Source: an uncultured Lachnospiraceae bacterium
GTDB taxonomy: Bacteria; Bacillota; Clostridia; Lachnospirales; Lachnospiraceae
Direction: 5' to 3'
Assembly (NCBI GenBank): GCA_947629545.1
Contig: CANREE010000002.1
Coordinates: forward strand, 5,084-69,083
Length of the DNA stretch: 64,000 nucleotides
Shown: positions 1 through 10,048 of the stretch, one piece after another
How the letters are laid out: each line of letters begins with the position of its first letter
How positions within the stretch are numbered: position 1 is the first letter of the stretch
Notes under the pieces: model-generated
Database searches by the model: none
Seen by the model: the letters and a program-made list of their open reading frames with translations, nothing else
What the model was told of the DNA's origin: nothing
Position numbers and translations under genes: made by a program

Positions 1-117
1 GCGAAGCCGGGAGCGCCGCGTAGGAAGACGGCAAAGCCTGAGAGTCTGGCAAAAGCGGAAAAACCGGCAGAAGATTTGTCCGGCAGTATTACCGCAGGGT
101 CAGGGGAAACGGCTTAG
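1..117 (+). CDS. Probable 3' end of an upstream gene (low-complexity tail AKPGAPRRK...SGETA*), partial
   Basis: Frame 1 is open from base 1 to TAG at 115-117; same strand as the downstream cluster; no homology recognisable. Confidence 0.35.
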   Translation, partial: AKPGAPRRKTAKPESLAKAEKPAEDLSGSITAGSGETA

Positions 118-206
118 ACGGTTAGCTGCTTTCAGTCCAGTGGTGCAAGGGAAGAGGGAATACTGTCTATCGGGGCAGCAATAAACAGGATTGAGGGATA
201 TTTATC

Positions 207-1304
207 ATGAAGAAATATGACTACGTCATCGTCGGCGCCGGCCTCTTCGGCGGCGTATGGGCCTATATGGCCCGGCAGGCGGGGAAGACCTGCCTGGTGG
301 TGGAGAAGAGGAACCATCTGGGCGGCAATATTTACTGTGAGGATGTGGAAGGGATCCACGTCCATAAGTACGGCGCCCACATTTTCCATACGAGCAATCG
401 CCGGGTCTGGGACTTCGTGAACAGCCTGGCCGAGTTCAACCGCTACACCAACAGCCCGGTGGCCAATTACAAGGGCGAGATGTACAACATGCCCTTTAAC
501 ATGAATACCTTCAGCAAGATGTGGGGGATTTCCACGCCGCAGCAGGCGCAGGCTATCATCGACGAGCAGAAGGGCAGCGTCGCCGGCGAGCCGCGGAATC
601 TGGAGGAACAGGCCATCAGTCTGGTGGGCCGGGATATCTACGAGAAGCTGGTCAAGGGCTACACGGAGAAGCAGTGGGGCCGCGACTGCAAGGATCTGCC
701 GGCGTTCATCATCAAGCGCCTGCCGGTCCGCTATACCTACGACAACAACTATTTCAACGACCTCTACCAGGGCATTCCCATCGGCGGCTACAATGTGATC
801 GTGGAGAAGTTGTTTGAGGGCTGTGATGTGGAGCTTGGCGCGGATTATCTGGAGAACCGGGAGAAGTACGACGCGCTGGGCGAGACCGTGGTCTATACCG
901 GAACGATCGATTCTTACTATGGCTATCGCTATGGCAAACTGGAATACCGCAGCCTGCGGTTCGAGTCGGAACTTCTGGATACGGATAATTATCAGGGCGT
1001 GGCTGTGGTCAATTATACGGATCGGGAGACGCCGTATACCCGCGTCATCGAGCATAAGCATTTTGAGTTCGGAACCCAGCCGAAGACCGTGATTACCCGC
1101 GAGTATCCGGCGGCGTGGCAGGAAGGAATGGAGCCGTATTATCCGGTCAACGACGCGAAGAATCAGGAGCTTTACGCAAAGTATGCGAAGCTGGCGGCGG
1201 AAGAGAAGCATGTGATCTTCGGCGGGCGGCTGGCGGAGTACAAGTATTATGACATGGACAAGGTGATTGAGTCAGCCCTGAACCGGGCGGCGGAGCGGAT
1301 CTGA
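207..1304 (+). CDS. glf: UDP-galactopyranose mutase
   Basis: GAGLFG FAD-binding motif, HKYGAHIFHT, GYTEKQWG, GRLAEYKYYDMD signature; GAGGGA RBS. Confidence 0.97.
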   Translation: MKKYDYVIVGAGLFGGVWAYMARQAGKTCLVVEKRNHLGGNIYCEDVEGIHVHKYGAHIFHTSNRRVWDFVNSLAEFNRYTNSPVANYKGEMYNMPFNMNTFSKMWGISTPQQAQAIIDEQKGSVAGEPRNLEEQAISLVGRDIYEKLVKGYTEKQWGRDCKDLPAFIIKRLPVRYTYDNNYFNDLYQGIPIGGYNVIVEKLFEGCDVELGADYLENREKYDALGETVVYTGTIDSYYGYRYGKLEYRSLRFESELLDTDNYQGVAVVNYTDRETPYTRVIEHKHFEFGTQPKTVITREYPAAWQEGMEPYYPVNDAKNQELYAKYAKLAAEEKHVIFGGRLAEYKYYDMDKVIESALNRAAERI

Positions 1305-1473
1305 GAAATGTCCGTGTATGTCCGGGCCGGAGGGAACTATGTGTGCCGGTATGCTGAGGACTGAAAAGTCGGTATTGGGCATATCGCGTCAGGTCTGGAA
1401 TTACAAGCAAAAAGAAGTGTCAGGCCGTACCGCCCAGCGGGTTCGATGAATTTAAGCAGCAGGAGGTCGTCCC

Positions 1474-2475
1474 ATGAACATCGTCTATGCGTCCAATGAT
1501 AATTACGTCAGGCATCTGGCGGTATCCATGCTTTCCGTCTTTGACCGCAACCGCCGCGCGCGGCAGATTACGGTTTATGTGATCTCGATCGGGCTTAGCG
1601 GAGAGAGCCGCGCGCGGCTGGAATCCATCGCGGCGCAGTACGGACGGGAGCTGTATTTCGTGGAACTGGCGGATATTGAGGGACAGTTTGCCGGCGGCGT
1701 AGATACCGGGGGCTTCGATATCAGTACGCTGGGACGGCTGTTTGTGGGTCGGCTGTTGCCGGCGGACGTGGACCGGGTGCTGTATCTCGACTGCGATACC
1801 GTGGCGGCGCAGCCGCTGATGGAACTGTGGCGCACTGACCTGCGGGGGAATGTGCTCGGCGCCGTCATGGAGCCGACGATCTACCAAAAGGTCCGGCAGG
1901 AGATCGGTCTGGCGCCTGGAGAGCCGTATTTCAATGCCGGCGTGCTTCTGATCGACCTGAAGCGCTGGCGGCAGACGGAGGCGGAGCGCAGGCTTCTGGA
2001 ATTTTATCAGGAGAAGGGCGGCAATCTGTTCGCCTGTGACCAGGACGTGATCAACGGCGTTCTGAAGGGGCATATCCGGACGCTTCTGCCAAAGTATAAT
2101 TTTTTCCCCAATTACCGGTATTTCCGGTATGCGGATCTGGTGAAGCATGAGCCGGCCTATGCGGCAGTGAAGAAGGAAGCGTTCGCGGAAGCCGGACGGC
2201 ACCCGGTGATCATTCATTACGCGGGGGATGAGCGGCCCTGGTACGCGGGCAATCTGAATCATTATCGAAAGGCCTATGAGCATTATCTGGCCCTGACGCC
2301 CTGGGCGGGGACGCCGAAGGAGGAAGGGCGGAGGTTCTATCTGTTCGCGTATCATATGATGGATTATCTGACGGTGGTGTGTCCCGCGGCCCGCTGGTTT
2401 ATCAGCAGGATGCTGGGGATGCGGGCCGTTGCGGCGCGCGGGAAGAAGAAAACGGACGACCGCGAGGGAAAATGA
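1474..2475 (+). CDS. Glycosyltransferase family 8
   Basis: VLYLDCD (DxD), YFNAGVLLIDL, DQDVIN, IIHYAG..RPW GT8 motifs; AGGAGG RBS. Confidence 0.92.
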   Translation: MNIVYASNDNYVRHLAVSMLSVFDRNRRARQITVYVISIGLSGESRARLESIAAQYGRELYFVELADIEGQFAGGVDTGGFDISTLGRLFVGRLLPADVDRVLYLDCDTVAAQPLMELWRTDLRGNVLGAVMEPTIYQKVRQEIGLAPGEPYFNAGVLLIDLKRWRQTEAERRLLEFYQEKGGNLFACDQDVINGVLKGHIRTLLPKYNFFPNYRYFRYADLVKHEPAYAAVKKEAFAEAGRHPVIIHYAGDERPWYAGNLNHYRKAYEHYLALTPWAGTPKEEGRRFYLFAYHMMDYLTVVCPAARWFISRMLGMRAVAARGKKKTDDREGK

Positions 2476-2542
2476 GATCCCGTGGCCGTTTGGGGACGGT
2501 GCGCGGTCTGACAGCGTATAGATCCGAGGGAGAAGGAAGAAC

Positions 2543-4645
2543 ATGGGTATGGGAGAAGGAAAAACGATAGAAGTGCTTCTGGCCTCCTACGACGGAGAAA
2601 AATACATCCGGCAGCAGATGGATTCGATCCTGGATCAGAGTATTCCGGGACTGCGGATCCTTGTATCCGACGATGGTTCGAAGGACGGGACTGTGGAGAT
2701 CCTGCGGCAGTACACGGCGGAATATCCGGAACGGGTGGCGCTGCTGGAAGAGGATGCGGATGTGCGCGCGGATTGCAGTGGAATTCCCGGCGTGCGCAGG
2801 AAAGCTGCTGCGGTTTCCGCGTCAGACAGGAATGCCGCCGTGGTTCCCGCGCCTGCCGGGAATTTTTTTCGTCTGCTGGCAAACGCGGACGCAGATTATA
2901 TACTCTTAAGCGATCAGGACGACGTATGGCTGCCTGAGAAAGTGGAGCGCCTTTTGGAGCGGATACGTGGGATCGAGGGCGAGGACGGCGGCGTACCGGC
3001 GCTGGTTTTCTCGGATATGGAAGTCGTGGATGAGGGGTTGAACCAGATCGCTCCCAGTTTCTTCTCTTACGCGCATTGCGATCCCAGACGGCTGGCGCTT
3101 TCGGAGATTCTGGCGGAGAATCCGGTGACCGGCGGCGCCCTGATGATGAACCGTGCGCTTCTTGAACTGGTGCGCGCGACGCCGCGCGCCTGTTTCATGC
3201 ATGACTGGTGGATCGCCCTTTGCGCGTCCTGCTTCGGGAGGATTTCCTGCGTGAGGGAAGCGCTGTCCCTTTACCGGCAGCATGGTGCCAATGTCCTCGG
3301 TGCCAGACCGTCCGGAAGCTTCAGGGAGATCGCGGAGCGGCTGGCCCGGCAGGCACAGGTGGAGGAGAATTACCGGCGGATGTTCGCCCAGGCAGAGGCG
3401 TTTCTGGAAATGTATGAGGAACGGCTGACGGATGCGCAGAAGCTTACGCTGAAGGCCTGGATCGGACTGCCCGCGCAGACGCCGTCGGAACGTCTGAAAA
3501 CGATCTGGAAATACCATTTTTATAAAAGTGCGCCCGTGCAGACGCTGGCGATGTGTGTGACGGTGCCGCGGCGGGCCGGGGCGAATCTTTCGGCCGGGTG
3601 CGCCGGTATGGTTGATCTTCCTGCCGGGTGTGCCGGTATGGCCGATCTTTCGGTCGGGTGCGCTGGTATGGTTGATCTTCCTGCCGGGTGTGCCGATATG
3701 ACCGATCTTCCGGCCGGCAGCGTCGGCATGACAGGTACGACAGTCTGTGTGATCGTGAATTATAACGACGCGGAGACGGCGGCCGGACTGGCCGGACAGA
3801 TCGCGGGCTACGGGTCGCTGGATCATATTGTTCTGGTGGACAACGCTTCTACGGACGATTCCTATGAACGTCTGAAGATGCTTGAAGGCGGGAAGATAAC
3901 CGTGATCCGCGCGGAGAAAAACGGTGGTTACGGCGCAGGCAATAATCTGGGCGTCCGCTATGCGGCGCAGCGGCTGGGGGCTGTGCGCGTGCTGATCGCC
4001 AATCCGGACGTGATGTTTACGGACCGCTGCGTCAGAAACCTGAGTCGGATCCTTGCGCGGCATCCGGAGGCAGGCGTCGCTGCCGCCGTTATGAGGAATG
4101 GAAGCGCGGCTGCGCCGTTCCCGCCGCAGAACGCATGGCGGCTTCACGGTTTTGTGGGAGAGCTGCTTTATATGGGGCCGGTCAGCAGACGGATCTTTCG
4201 GAACCGGCTTTATTATCCCGCATCTTATTATAAGGACAGGACGGCGGTCCCTGCGGATGTGGTTCACGGTTCCATGCTGATGGTGGACGCGGCGGCGTTT
4301 CTGGCCTGCGGCGGTTATGACGAAGGTATCTTCCTGTATCAGGAGGAAATGGTCCTGGGGCGCCGCATGAAAGCGGCCGGGCGGCGGACAGTCCTTTTAT
4401 TGAAAGAATCCTATATTCATCAGGATTCGGTGTCCATCAGCAAATCCATTTCCGACGCGCTCCGGCGTCAGCGCCTGCGCGAGCAGAGCGTGATGTACTA
4501 TATGGAACACTATCTGGGGATCGGGCCGGCGCGGAAGGCGCTGGCGAAGCTCTGGTTCGCGGTGATCCGGCTGGAGACGCGAATCTACCTGTGGTATGAG
4601 AATCTGTGTCAGAAAATGAAACGGGGTGGGACAGTTGCCGGTTGA
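2543..4645 (+). CDS. Two-domain GT2 glycosyltransferase (RgpB/rhamnosyltransferase-like N-domain fused to a second GT2 domain)
   Basis: N-domain VSDDGSKD, SDQDDVW, MHDWW; C-domain IVNYND, VDNASTD, NGGYGAGNN, GGYDEGIFLYQEE; tandem-repeat linker between them. Confidence 0.88.
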   Translation: MGMGEGKTIEVLLASYDGEKYIRQQMDSILDQSIPGLRILVSDDGSKDGTVEILRQYTAEYPERVALLEEDADVRADCSGIPGVRRKAAAVSASDRNAAVVPAPAGNFFRLLANADADYILLSDQDDVWLPEKVERLLERIRGIEGEDGGVPALVFSDMEVVDEGLNQIAPSFFSYAHCDPRRLALSEILAENPVTGGALMMNRALLELVRATPRACFMHDWWIALCASCFGRISCVREALSLYRQHGANVLGARPSGSFREIAERLARQAQVEENYRRMFAQAEAFLEMYEERLTDAQKLTLKAWIGLPAQTPSERLKTIWKYHFYKSAPVQTLAMCVTVPRRAGANLSAGCAGMVDLPAGCAGMADLSVGCAGMVDLPAGCADMTDLPAGSVGMTGTTVCVIVNYNDAETAAGLAGQIAGYGSLDHIVLVDNASTDDSYERLKMLEGGKITVIRAEKNGGYGAGNNLGVRYAAQRLGAVRVLIANPDVMFTDRCVRNLSRILARHPEAGVAAAVMRNGSAAAPFPPQNAWRLHGFVGELLYMGPVSRRIFRNRLYYPASYYKDRTAVPADVVHGSMLMVDAAAFLACGGYDEGIFLYQEEMVLGRRMKAAGRRTVLLLKESYIHQDSVSISKSISDALRRQRLREQSVMYYMEHYLGIGPARKALAKLWFAVIRLETRIYLWYENLCQKMKRGGTVAG
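3581..3730 (+). repeat. Five imperfect 30-bp tandem repeats encoding xDL(P/S)xGCAGM in the GT linker
   Basis: gcgaatctttcggccgggtgcgccggtatg / gttgatcttcctgccgggtgtgccggtatg / gccgatctttcggtcgggtgcgctggtatg / gttgatcttcctgccgggtgtgccgatatg / accgatcttccggccggcagcgtcggcatg. Confidence 0.95.
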
Positions 4646-6092
4646 GACGGAGATGAAAGGAAAGATTGTTAAGGGGCTGTTCTGGAAACTGTTGGAGAAC
4701 GGCGGCGCTCAGGGGCTTCAGTTTGTTGTGGCCATTCTTCTGGCGCGTCTTCTGACGCCGGCGGAATACGGTCTGGTGGGCATTGTGATGATTTTCATTA
4801 CTGTTGCCAATGCGATCGTCCAGAATGGGTTCAGCACTGCCTTGATCCAGAAGAAAAATTCCGACGAGACCGATTTCTCTTCTGTATTTTATTTTGGACT
4901 GCTGCTTGCAGCGGCCATGTATGCGATTTTGTATGCGGCGGCTCCTGCTGTTGGCCGTTTTTACGGAAATGGTCTGCTTGGTGATATTCTGCGCGTGCTG
5001 GGACTCGTTTTGTTTCCCGGATCTGTCATTTCTGTTCAGAGCGCTTATGTGTCCCGGAAAATGGAATTCCGCGGTTTGTTCCTTTCAACAATGTTTGCCG
5101 TCGTTGTTTCCGGAGCCGTCAGTATCACGATGGCATATCGGGGCTTTGGCGCCTGGGCTATGGTCGGTCAGCAGATCGCGTATTATCTGGCGCTGATGCT
5201 GGCGCTGCTGATAACGGTCAGTTGGAAACCGCGGCTTCTGTTCTCGCTGGGGCGCGTCGGCGGAATGCTGTCTTTCGGCTGGAAACTGCTTGCGGCGTCG
5301 CTTCTGGACACCATTTTCAATAATCTGTATGGGTTGATCATGGGCAAGATTTACAATGAAGAGCTGCTGGGAGCTTATAATCGGGGCGACCAGTTTCCGA
5401 AGCTGATCGTCAGCAATCTGGGCGCTGCGATTCAGGCGGTGCTCCTGCCGGCGTTTTCGTCCCGGCAGGATGATATGGCTCAGGTACGCGCCATGGTGCG
5501 AAGGGCCATCCGCCTTAGTTCCTTCCTCGTGCTTCCGATGCTTTTCGGACTGTTTGCGGTGGCGGATACGCTGGTGTTGGTTCTTTTGGGGGAGAAATGG
5601 CTGATCTGCGTGCCGTTTTTGCGTATCATGTGCATTTCTTATTCCTTCTGGCCGATCCATATCACGAACCTTCAGGCCATTAATGCCCTTGGCCGCAGCG
5701 ATGTATTTCTGAAGTTGGAGGTATTTAAGAAGGCGGTTAGTCTGGTTGGGCTGCTGATCGGGATTCATTATAGTCCTGTGATCATGGTCTCGATCAAGGC
5801 GGTCAGCGATTTCCTGAGCGTTTTTATCAACGCCTGGCCCAATCGAAAGCTTCTTGGTTACAGCATTCGCAGCCAGTGGCGGGATATTCTTCCGGCTGCT
5901 CTGCTGTCCGTGCTGATGTGCGCCATTGTCTGTGCGCTGAAATTTGTGCTGCCGGTCGGTCCATGGTTCAGACTGGCGGTACAGGTCGCTGCCGGCGTGG
6001 CAGTCTATGCCGGTCTTGCATGGGCGCTTCGCATGGAATCCTTCCGGTATCTGACGGACACGCTTCGACGTTTCATCCGAATAAATGCATGA
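4626..6092 (+). CDS. wzx: Wzx/MOP-family polysaccharide flippase (alternative start ATG 4653)
   Basis: Many TM segments; LARLLTPAEYGLVG, ALIQKK, FSFGWKLL, VLLPAFS typical of WzxC-like flippases. Confidence 0.9.
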   Translation: MGQLPVETEMKGKIVKGLFWKLLENGGAQGLQFVVAILLARLLTPAEYGLVGIVMIFITVANAIVQNGFSTALIQKKNSDETDFSSVFYFGLLLAAAMYAILYAAAPAVGRFYGNGLLGDILRVLGLVLFPGSVISVQSAYVSRKMEFRGLFLSTMFAVVVSGAVSITMAYRGFGAWAMVGQQIAYYLALMLALLITVSWKPRLLFSLGRVGGMLSFGWKLLAASLLDTIFNNLYGLIMGKIYNEELLGAYNRGDQFPKLIVSNLGAAIQAVLLPAFSSRQDDMAQVRAMVRRAIRLSSFLVLPMLFGLFAVADTLVLVLLGEKWLICVPFLRIMCISYSFWPIHITNLQAINALGRSDVFLKLEVFKKAVSLVGLLIGIHYSPVIMVSIKAVSDFLSVFINAWPNRKLLGYSIRSQWRDILPAALLSVLMCAIVCALKFVLPVGPWFRLAVQVAAGVAVYAGLAWALRMESFRYLTDTLRRFIRINA

Positions 6093-6122
6093 CGTTTTGA
6101 AAGTTCAGACATGACTGGACAG

Positions 6123-6152
6123 ACAAGAAGCCGCCCGAGGGCGGCTTCTTGT
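6123..6152. terminator. Hairpin between convergent genes, probably a bidirectional terminator
   Basis: ACAAGAAGCCGCC-CGAG-GGCGGCTTCTTGT perfect 13-bp stem. Confidence 0.8.
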
Positions 6153-6166
6153 GTATAACGGATGTA

Positions 6167-7711
6167 TTATCCAAGCGGCCCAAGCGGTCCGCTCGATTTG
6201 CCCGGGGAATTCACGGTTGACGTAGTACCCGGTCCCAGAGGTCCGCCGGATGATCCGGTAGGAGCAGGTTCCGTTACGGTCTGTGCGGCTGCCTGCGCTG
6301 CCTGCTCGGCTGCCGCAGCAGCCTGTTCCGCCAGAATTTCCTGTGCGGTCTTTGCATTTGCGGCCGCGGCGGCTTCTGCATCCGTAGGATCCCAGGTTTG
6401 GGACAGGGAAATAAGAATCGGGACGCAGGGTCTTTCATACGGGCCTGGGATGGAAGAGTTATAAACCTGGATCGTGGTGCCGACCGGACAGTGGTCGTAG
6501 ATCCATTTGCAGTCGCCGACCATAAAGCGGATGCAGCCGGCGGATCGGGCGACGCCCAGGTAATTATAGGTATCCGTCTGCAGCGCGAAGGGATCGCGCG
6601 CACTGTAAACCGGCGAATGCAGAAGGATATGTAAACCGGCTCCCAGACGGGTCAGATACTGGCAGTAAACATCATGGACCATTACCTGCCAGCGCAGCTT
6701 CTCCGGCGAATGGAACGTGCCGATCGGGGTATCCTCGCCGGTAGAGCACAGGAAACTCTTTAGCGGAATAATATAACCATTGCTGCCATCCTCTACGTAG
6801 ACAGTTGTACAGTTCATCTGCTTATTGATTTTGATCAGATATGGGCCGTTTGCGCCGATGATCGGTTCCAGATCGGTAACCAGCTTGCCGCCTTCATCGA
6901 AGTAGTACTTGTAGCCATCAATGTACTGCCAGCCGGTGACAGCCGTATTGTTCACGAAATAATACTGGTCGTTGCCGTTCCACGCCCAGCCTGTATACGC
7001 CTGTCCGGTGCCGTTTACGAAAGTCGGAAGTCCGCCGCCGAACTGGATGCCATCGTAGGAGGTGGCAGAAACAACCTGACCTGTGCCGCCGTTGGTATTG
7101 TAGGAACCCTTGAGGGAGAGAGTGACCTGCAGTCCGGTGATATATTTGCCGACACCCATCGTGCCGTTGGTATGTCCGTTGTAGGACCAGCTGCAGGTGG
7201 TTCCGTCGTTCAGGGTCGCGGCGTAGCTGATATCAAAATAATTGTTCATAACGCCCTTCAGACGGATCTGCACTGCCTCCACCAGAACACCCTGATTCCA
7301 GGGGGAGTGCTCGCCGTTCATGACCCAACGTGACCAGCCGGCGGCAGAGGTGTAGGTACGATACATCACATCGCCGGGAAGGCTGGTGTGGTAGACGCAC
7401 ATGGACATGAAACCGGCGGGTGCGGATACGCTGGCGCCGGCAGTGTTCGCATAGATCACGTTGGTCCACGTCTGGTCAGGCTGAAGCAGCGTAACTGTCA
7501 CAGAAGCTGCGGCAACCCTTTCTCGAACATCCGCGGGCGCATTGATCTCCACAGCCTGCGGCTGCGGTTCGGAAATGGCGGGAGTCGGTTCGGAGGCGCC
7601 CGACACGCCTGATGGACCAAGAGGCCCTGCCGCCAATGCCGTGATGGCCAGGCCAAAGGCCAGACCCGCGGTAATCCCTATTGTAAGGAAAGCATGAAAA
7701 CATTTGCGCAT
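6167..7711 (-). CDS. Secreted L,D-transpeptidase (YkuD domain) with ChW-like and cell-wall-binding repeats
   Basis: Signal peptide; W-rich repeats (MYRTY..GWSRW; TGWQYIDGYKYYF); CSTG..TPIGTF; catalytic H(LHSP)...SAGCIR; AGAGGAG RBS. Confidence 0.85.
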   Translation of the reverse strand: MRKCFHAFLTIGITAGLAFGLAITALAAGPLGPSGVSGASEPTPAISEPQPQAVEINAPADVRERVAAASVTVTLLQPDQTWTNVIYANTAGASVSAPAGFMSMCVYHTSLPGDVMYRTYTSAAGWSRWVMNGEHSPWNQGVLVEAVQIRLKGVMNNYFDISYAATLNDGTTCSWSYNGHTNGTMGVGKYITGLQVTLSLKGSYNTNGGTGQVVSATSYDGIQFGGGLPTFVNGTGQAYTGWAWNGNDQYYFVNNTAVTGWQYIDGYKYYFDEGGKLVTDLEPIIGANGPYLIKINKQMNCTTVYVEDGSNGYIIPLKSFLCSTGEDTPIGTFHSPEKLRWQVMVHDVYCQYLTRLGAGLHILLHSPVYSARDPFALQTDTYNYLGVARSAGCIRFMVGDCKWIYDHCPVGTTIQVYNSSIPGPYERPCVPILISLSQTWDPTDAEAAAAANAKTAQEILAEQAAAAAEQAAQAAAQTVTEPAPTGSSGGPLGPGTTSTVNSPGKSSGPLGPLG

Positions 7712-7872
7712 GAGAAATTCCTCCTCTTTTGATGTACGTCATTAATTTACCACATTTGGATAGAAAATGCCATATCTAATTTACTTTTTTGCCCCCGCAT
7801 GGTAAAATTGTAAGCAAAAAGCAAAAAGAAAGAGCACAGAATGTAATAAACGCAAAAGAAAGAGATGGTAAA

Positions 7873-8856
7873 ATGGGAATGGCTGGAGGCAGGCCCGTTG
7901 TCAGTATCTGCTGTCTCACTTATAATCACGGCGCATATATCCGCGAGGCCCTGGACGGCTTTATAAGCCAGGAGACGCCGTTCCCCTATGAGGTTCTGAT
8001 CCACGATGACGCCTCTACGGACGGAACCGCGGATATCATCCGAGAGTATGCGAAACGCTATCCGGATGTGATCAGGCCGATTCTTCAGACAGAGAACCAG
8101 TACTCGAAGGGCATTACGAATATCAGCGGAACCTATAATTTCCCCCGGGCGCAGGGCCGCTATATCGCGATGTGCGAAGGCGACGATTACTGGACGGATA
8201 CCGGCAAGTTAAAACGTCAGGTGGATTTTATGGAAGCCAATCCCGGGTGTGCGCTCGTATTTCACAGCGCCGGCGTGAAGGTGGAGGGCCGCGCCCTGAC
8301 GGAGCGGCAGATGCGTCCGTACAGGGGCGACAGGCAGCTGTCGCCGGAAGATATCATTGATAAAGTTTCCGGCTATCCTACGGCTTCGCTGCTGTTTCGG
8401 ACTGAGATGGTGAAGGAACTGCCTGACTATTATGTGAATGCGCCGATCGCGGACATTCCGTTGCAGCTGATGGCTGCATCTGCAGGCTGGGCATATTATA
8501 TGGACAGGCCGATGTGTGTTTACAGGCTGGGAGGTACTTACTCCTGGACGGAGCTTATGAAGCAGGGCGACCGGGAGGAGAAGGCGGAGCGGTATTATCG
8601 ACAGATGAAAGAAATGTACAGCGCTTTTGACCGGGCGACCGGACAACGTTTCCATGGAGCGGTTGAACATGCTGCAGAGAGGCTTCATTTCCTGACAAAG
8701 GTTAATACAAAGGATTATAAGACGGTGCTGTCGCGTCAGTACCGGGAGTTCTATCGGGAGCTGAACCTGAGGACCAGATTCTTCATCAGGCTGGAGGCAG
8801 GAGCGCCTGCGCTGTACCGCCTGCTGTACCGTCTGTACCACGCCGGACAGGGATAA
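7873..8856 (+). CDS. GT2 glycosyltransferase (start moved from 7789)
   Basis: VSICCLTYNH, IHDDASTDGT, MCEGDDYW; the upstream in-frame stretch overlaps a TAAAAT -10 box. Confidence 0.9.
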   Translation: MGMAGGRPVVSICCLTYNHGAYIREALDGFISQETPFPYEVLIHDDASTDGTADIIREYAKRYPDVIRPILQTENQYSKGITNISGTYNFPRAQGRYIAMCEGDDYWTDTGKLKRQVDFMEANPGCALVFHSAGVKVEGRALTERQMRPYRGDRQLSPEDIIDKVSGYPTASLLFRTEMVKELPDYYVNAPIADIPLQLMAASAGWAYYMDRPMCVYRLGGTYSWTELMKQGDREEKAERYYRQMKEMYSAFDRATGQRFHGAVEHAAERLHFLTKVNTKDYKTVLSRQYREFYRELNLRTRFFIRLEAGAPALYRLLYRLYHAGQG

Positions 8857-8923
8857 GAGTCAGGGCCGGGACATTCGGGGACGCTGGGGCGTATCGCGTA
8901 TCAGCAGAAATTGCGGGGGTATT

Positions 8924-10000
8924 ATGATGGAAAATGCAGGTAAGACAATATTGGTGACAGCCATCGGCTCATTTTCTGCCGAAGCGGTTGTCCGGATCTG
9001 CAAGGGAAGCGGTTACCGGGTGCTGGGCTGTGATATCTATCCGGCGGAATGGGTCGCCGCGTCGTTGGAAACGGACGGTTTTTATCAGGCTCCGCCGGCG
9101 GCAGACACAGACGCGTATCTGGACTTTCTGGGCGGCGTCTGCCGGGAGGAAAAAGTGGATTACCTGATGCCGCTGACGGATGCGGAGATCGATGTGATCA
9201 ACGGTTGGCGGCGTGAAGCGGCGGCGCTTGGCGTGACGCTGTGTATGCCGCCGGAGGAGACCGTCAGTCTCTGCCGCGACAAGTGGGCTGCCCCTGAGCG
9301 GTTGGAGAAGGCCGGCGCCTGCAGGACGATTCCGACCAGACGGCTGTCAGAAGTGATCGGGACAGAAGCGGATACCGGGTATGAACTTCTTTCTTATCCG
9401 CTGATCTTAAAGCCGGATCATGGGCGCAGCAGTCAGGGACTTCTGACAGTGCAGGATGCGGGGCAGATGCTGCTCGAAACAGAGCGTTTGCGCCATATCG
9501 CGGATTTTTATCTGGTACAGCCTAAGATTGAGGGATATGTGGTCACGGTGGATGTCGTGCGGAATGTGCCGGAGCGGAACCGGGACGCCGGAAGTGCCGT
9601 CTCGATCGGAACTATCGGCAGGAAAAGCATTGCCGAGGGACAGGATCAGACCGTCTGTCTCCCGCGCCGGGAATATCTCCGTACCGGTAACGGTGCGGGA
9701 ACTTCGGTCTGCGTCTTCCGTGACGGAAGGCTGGAAGCACAGTGCGCGGCTATCGCGCGCGCGCTGGACGTCAGGGGCTGCGTGAATTTCGAATTTATGG
9801 AGGAACAGCCGGGCGACTGGTATTTTCTGGAGTGTAACCCGCGTTTCTCGGGAGGCGTCGCGTTTTCCTGTAAAGCCGGTTATGATATGGTACGGAACCA
9901 TTTGCGGTGTTTTACGGGCGAGTCGATCGAGCCGCTTGGGGAGATTCGGACGCAGTATCTGGTGAAGAGGTACACAGAGTATTGTACGAAGGTAGAATAG
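8924..10000 (+). CDS. ATP-grasp family ligase (carbamoyl-phosphate-synthase-like)
   Basis: ILVTAIG N-terminus, CRDKW, LILKPDHGRSSQG, LVQPKIEG, FLECNPRFSGG. Confidence 0.85.
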   Translation: MMENAGKTILVTAIGSFSAEAVVRICKGSGYRVLGCDIYPAEWVAASLETDGFYQAPPAADTDAYLDFLGGVCREEKVDYLMPLTDAEIDVINGWRREAAALGVTLCMPPEETVSLCRDKWAAPERLEKAGACRTIPTRRLSEVIGTEADTGYELLSYPLILKPDHGRSSQGLLTVQDAGQMLLETERLRHIADFYLVQPKIEGYVVTVDVVRNVPERNRDAGSAVSIGTIGRKSIAEGQDQTVCLPRREYLRTGNGAGTSVCVFRDGRLEAQCAAIARALDVRGCVNFEFMEEQPGDWYFLECNPRFSGGVAFSCKAGYDMVRNHLRCFTGESIEPLGEIRTQYLVKRYTEYCTKVE

Positions 10001-10048
10001 ACCGTCAGGGTTCCGTTAAGGACGGTTTCAGAGAGGAATGACAGAGTT

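Noticed and set aside
3581-3730. 30-bp repeats as a CRISPR array
   Set aside because: Head-to-tail with no spacers, inside a CDS, and no cas genes in the window
1374-8903. Similar intergenic 13-mers GGGCATATCGCGT (~1377) and GGGCGTATCGCGT (~8888)
   Set aside because: Only two short copies with diverging flanks; compatible with chance
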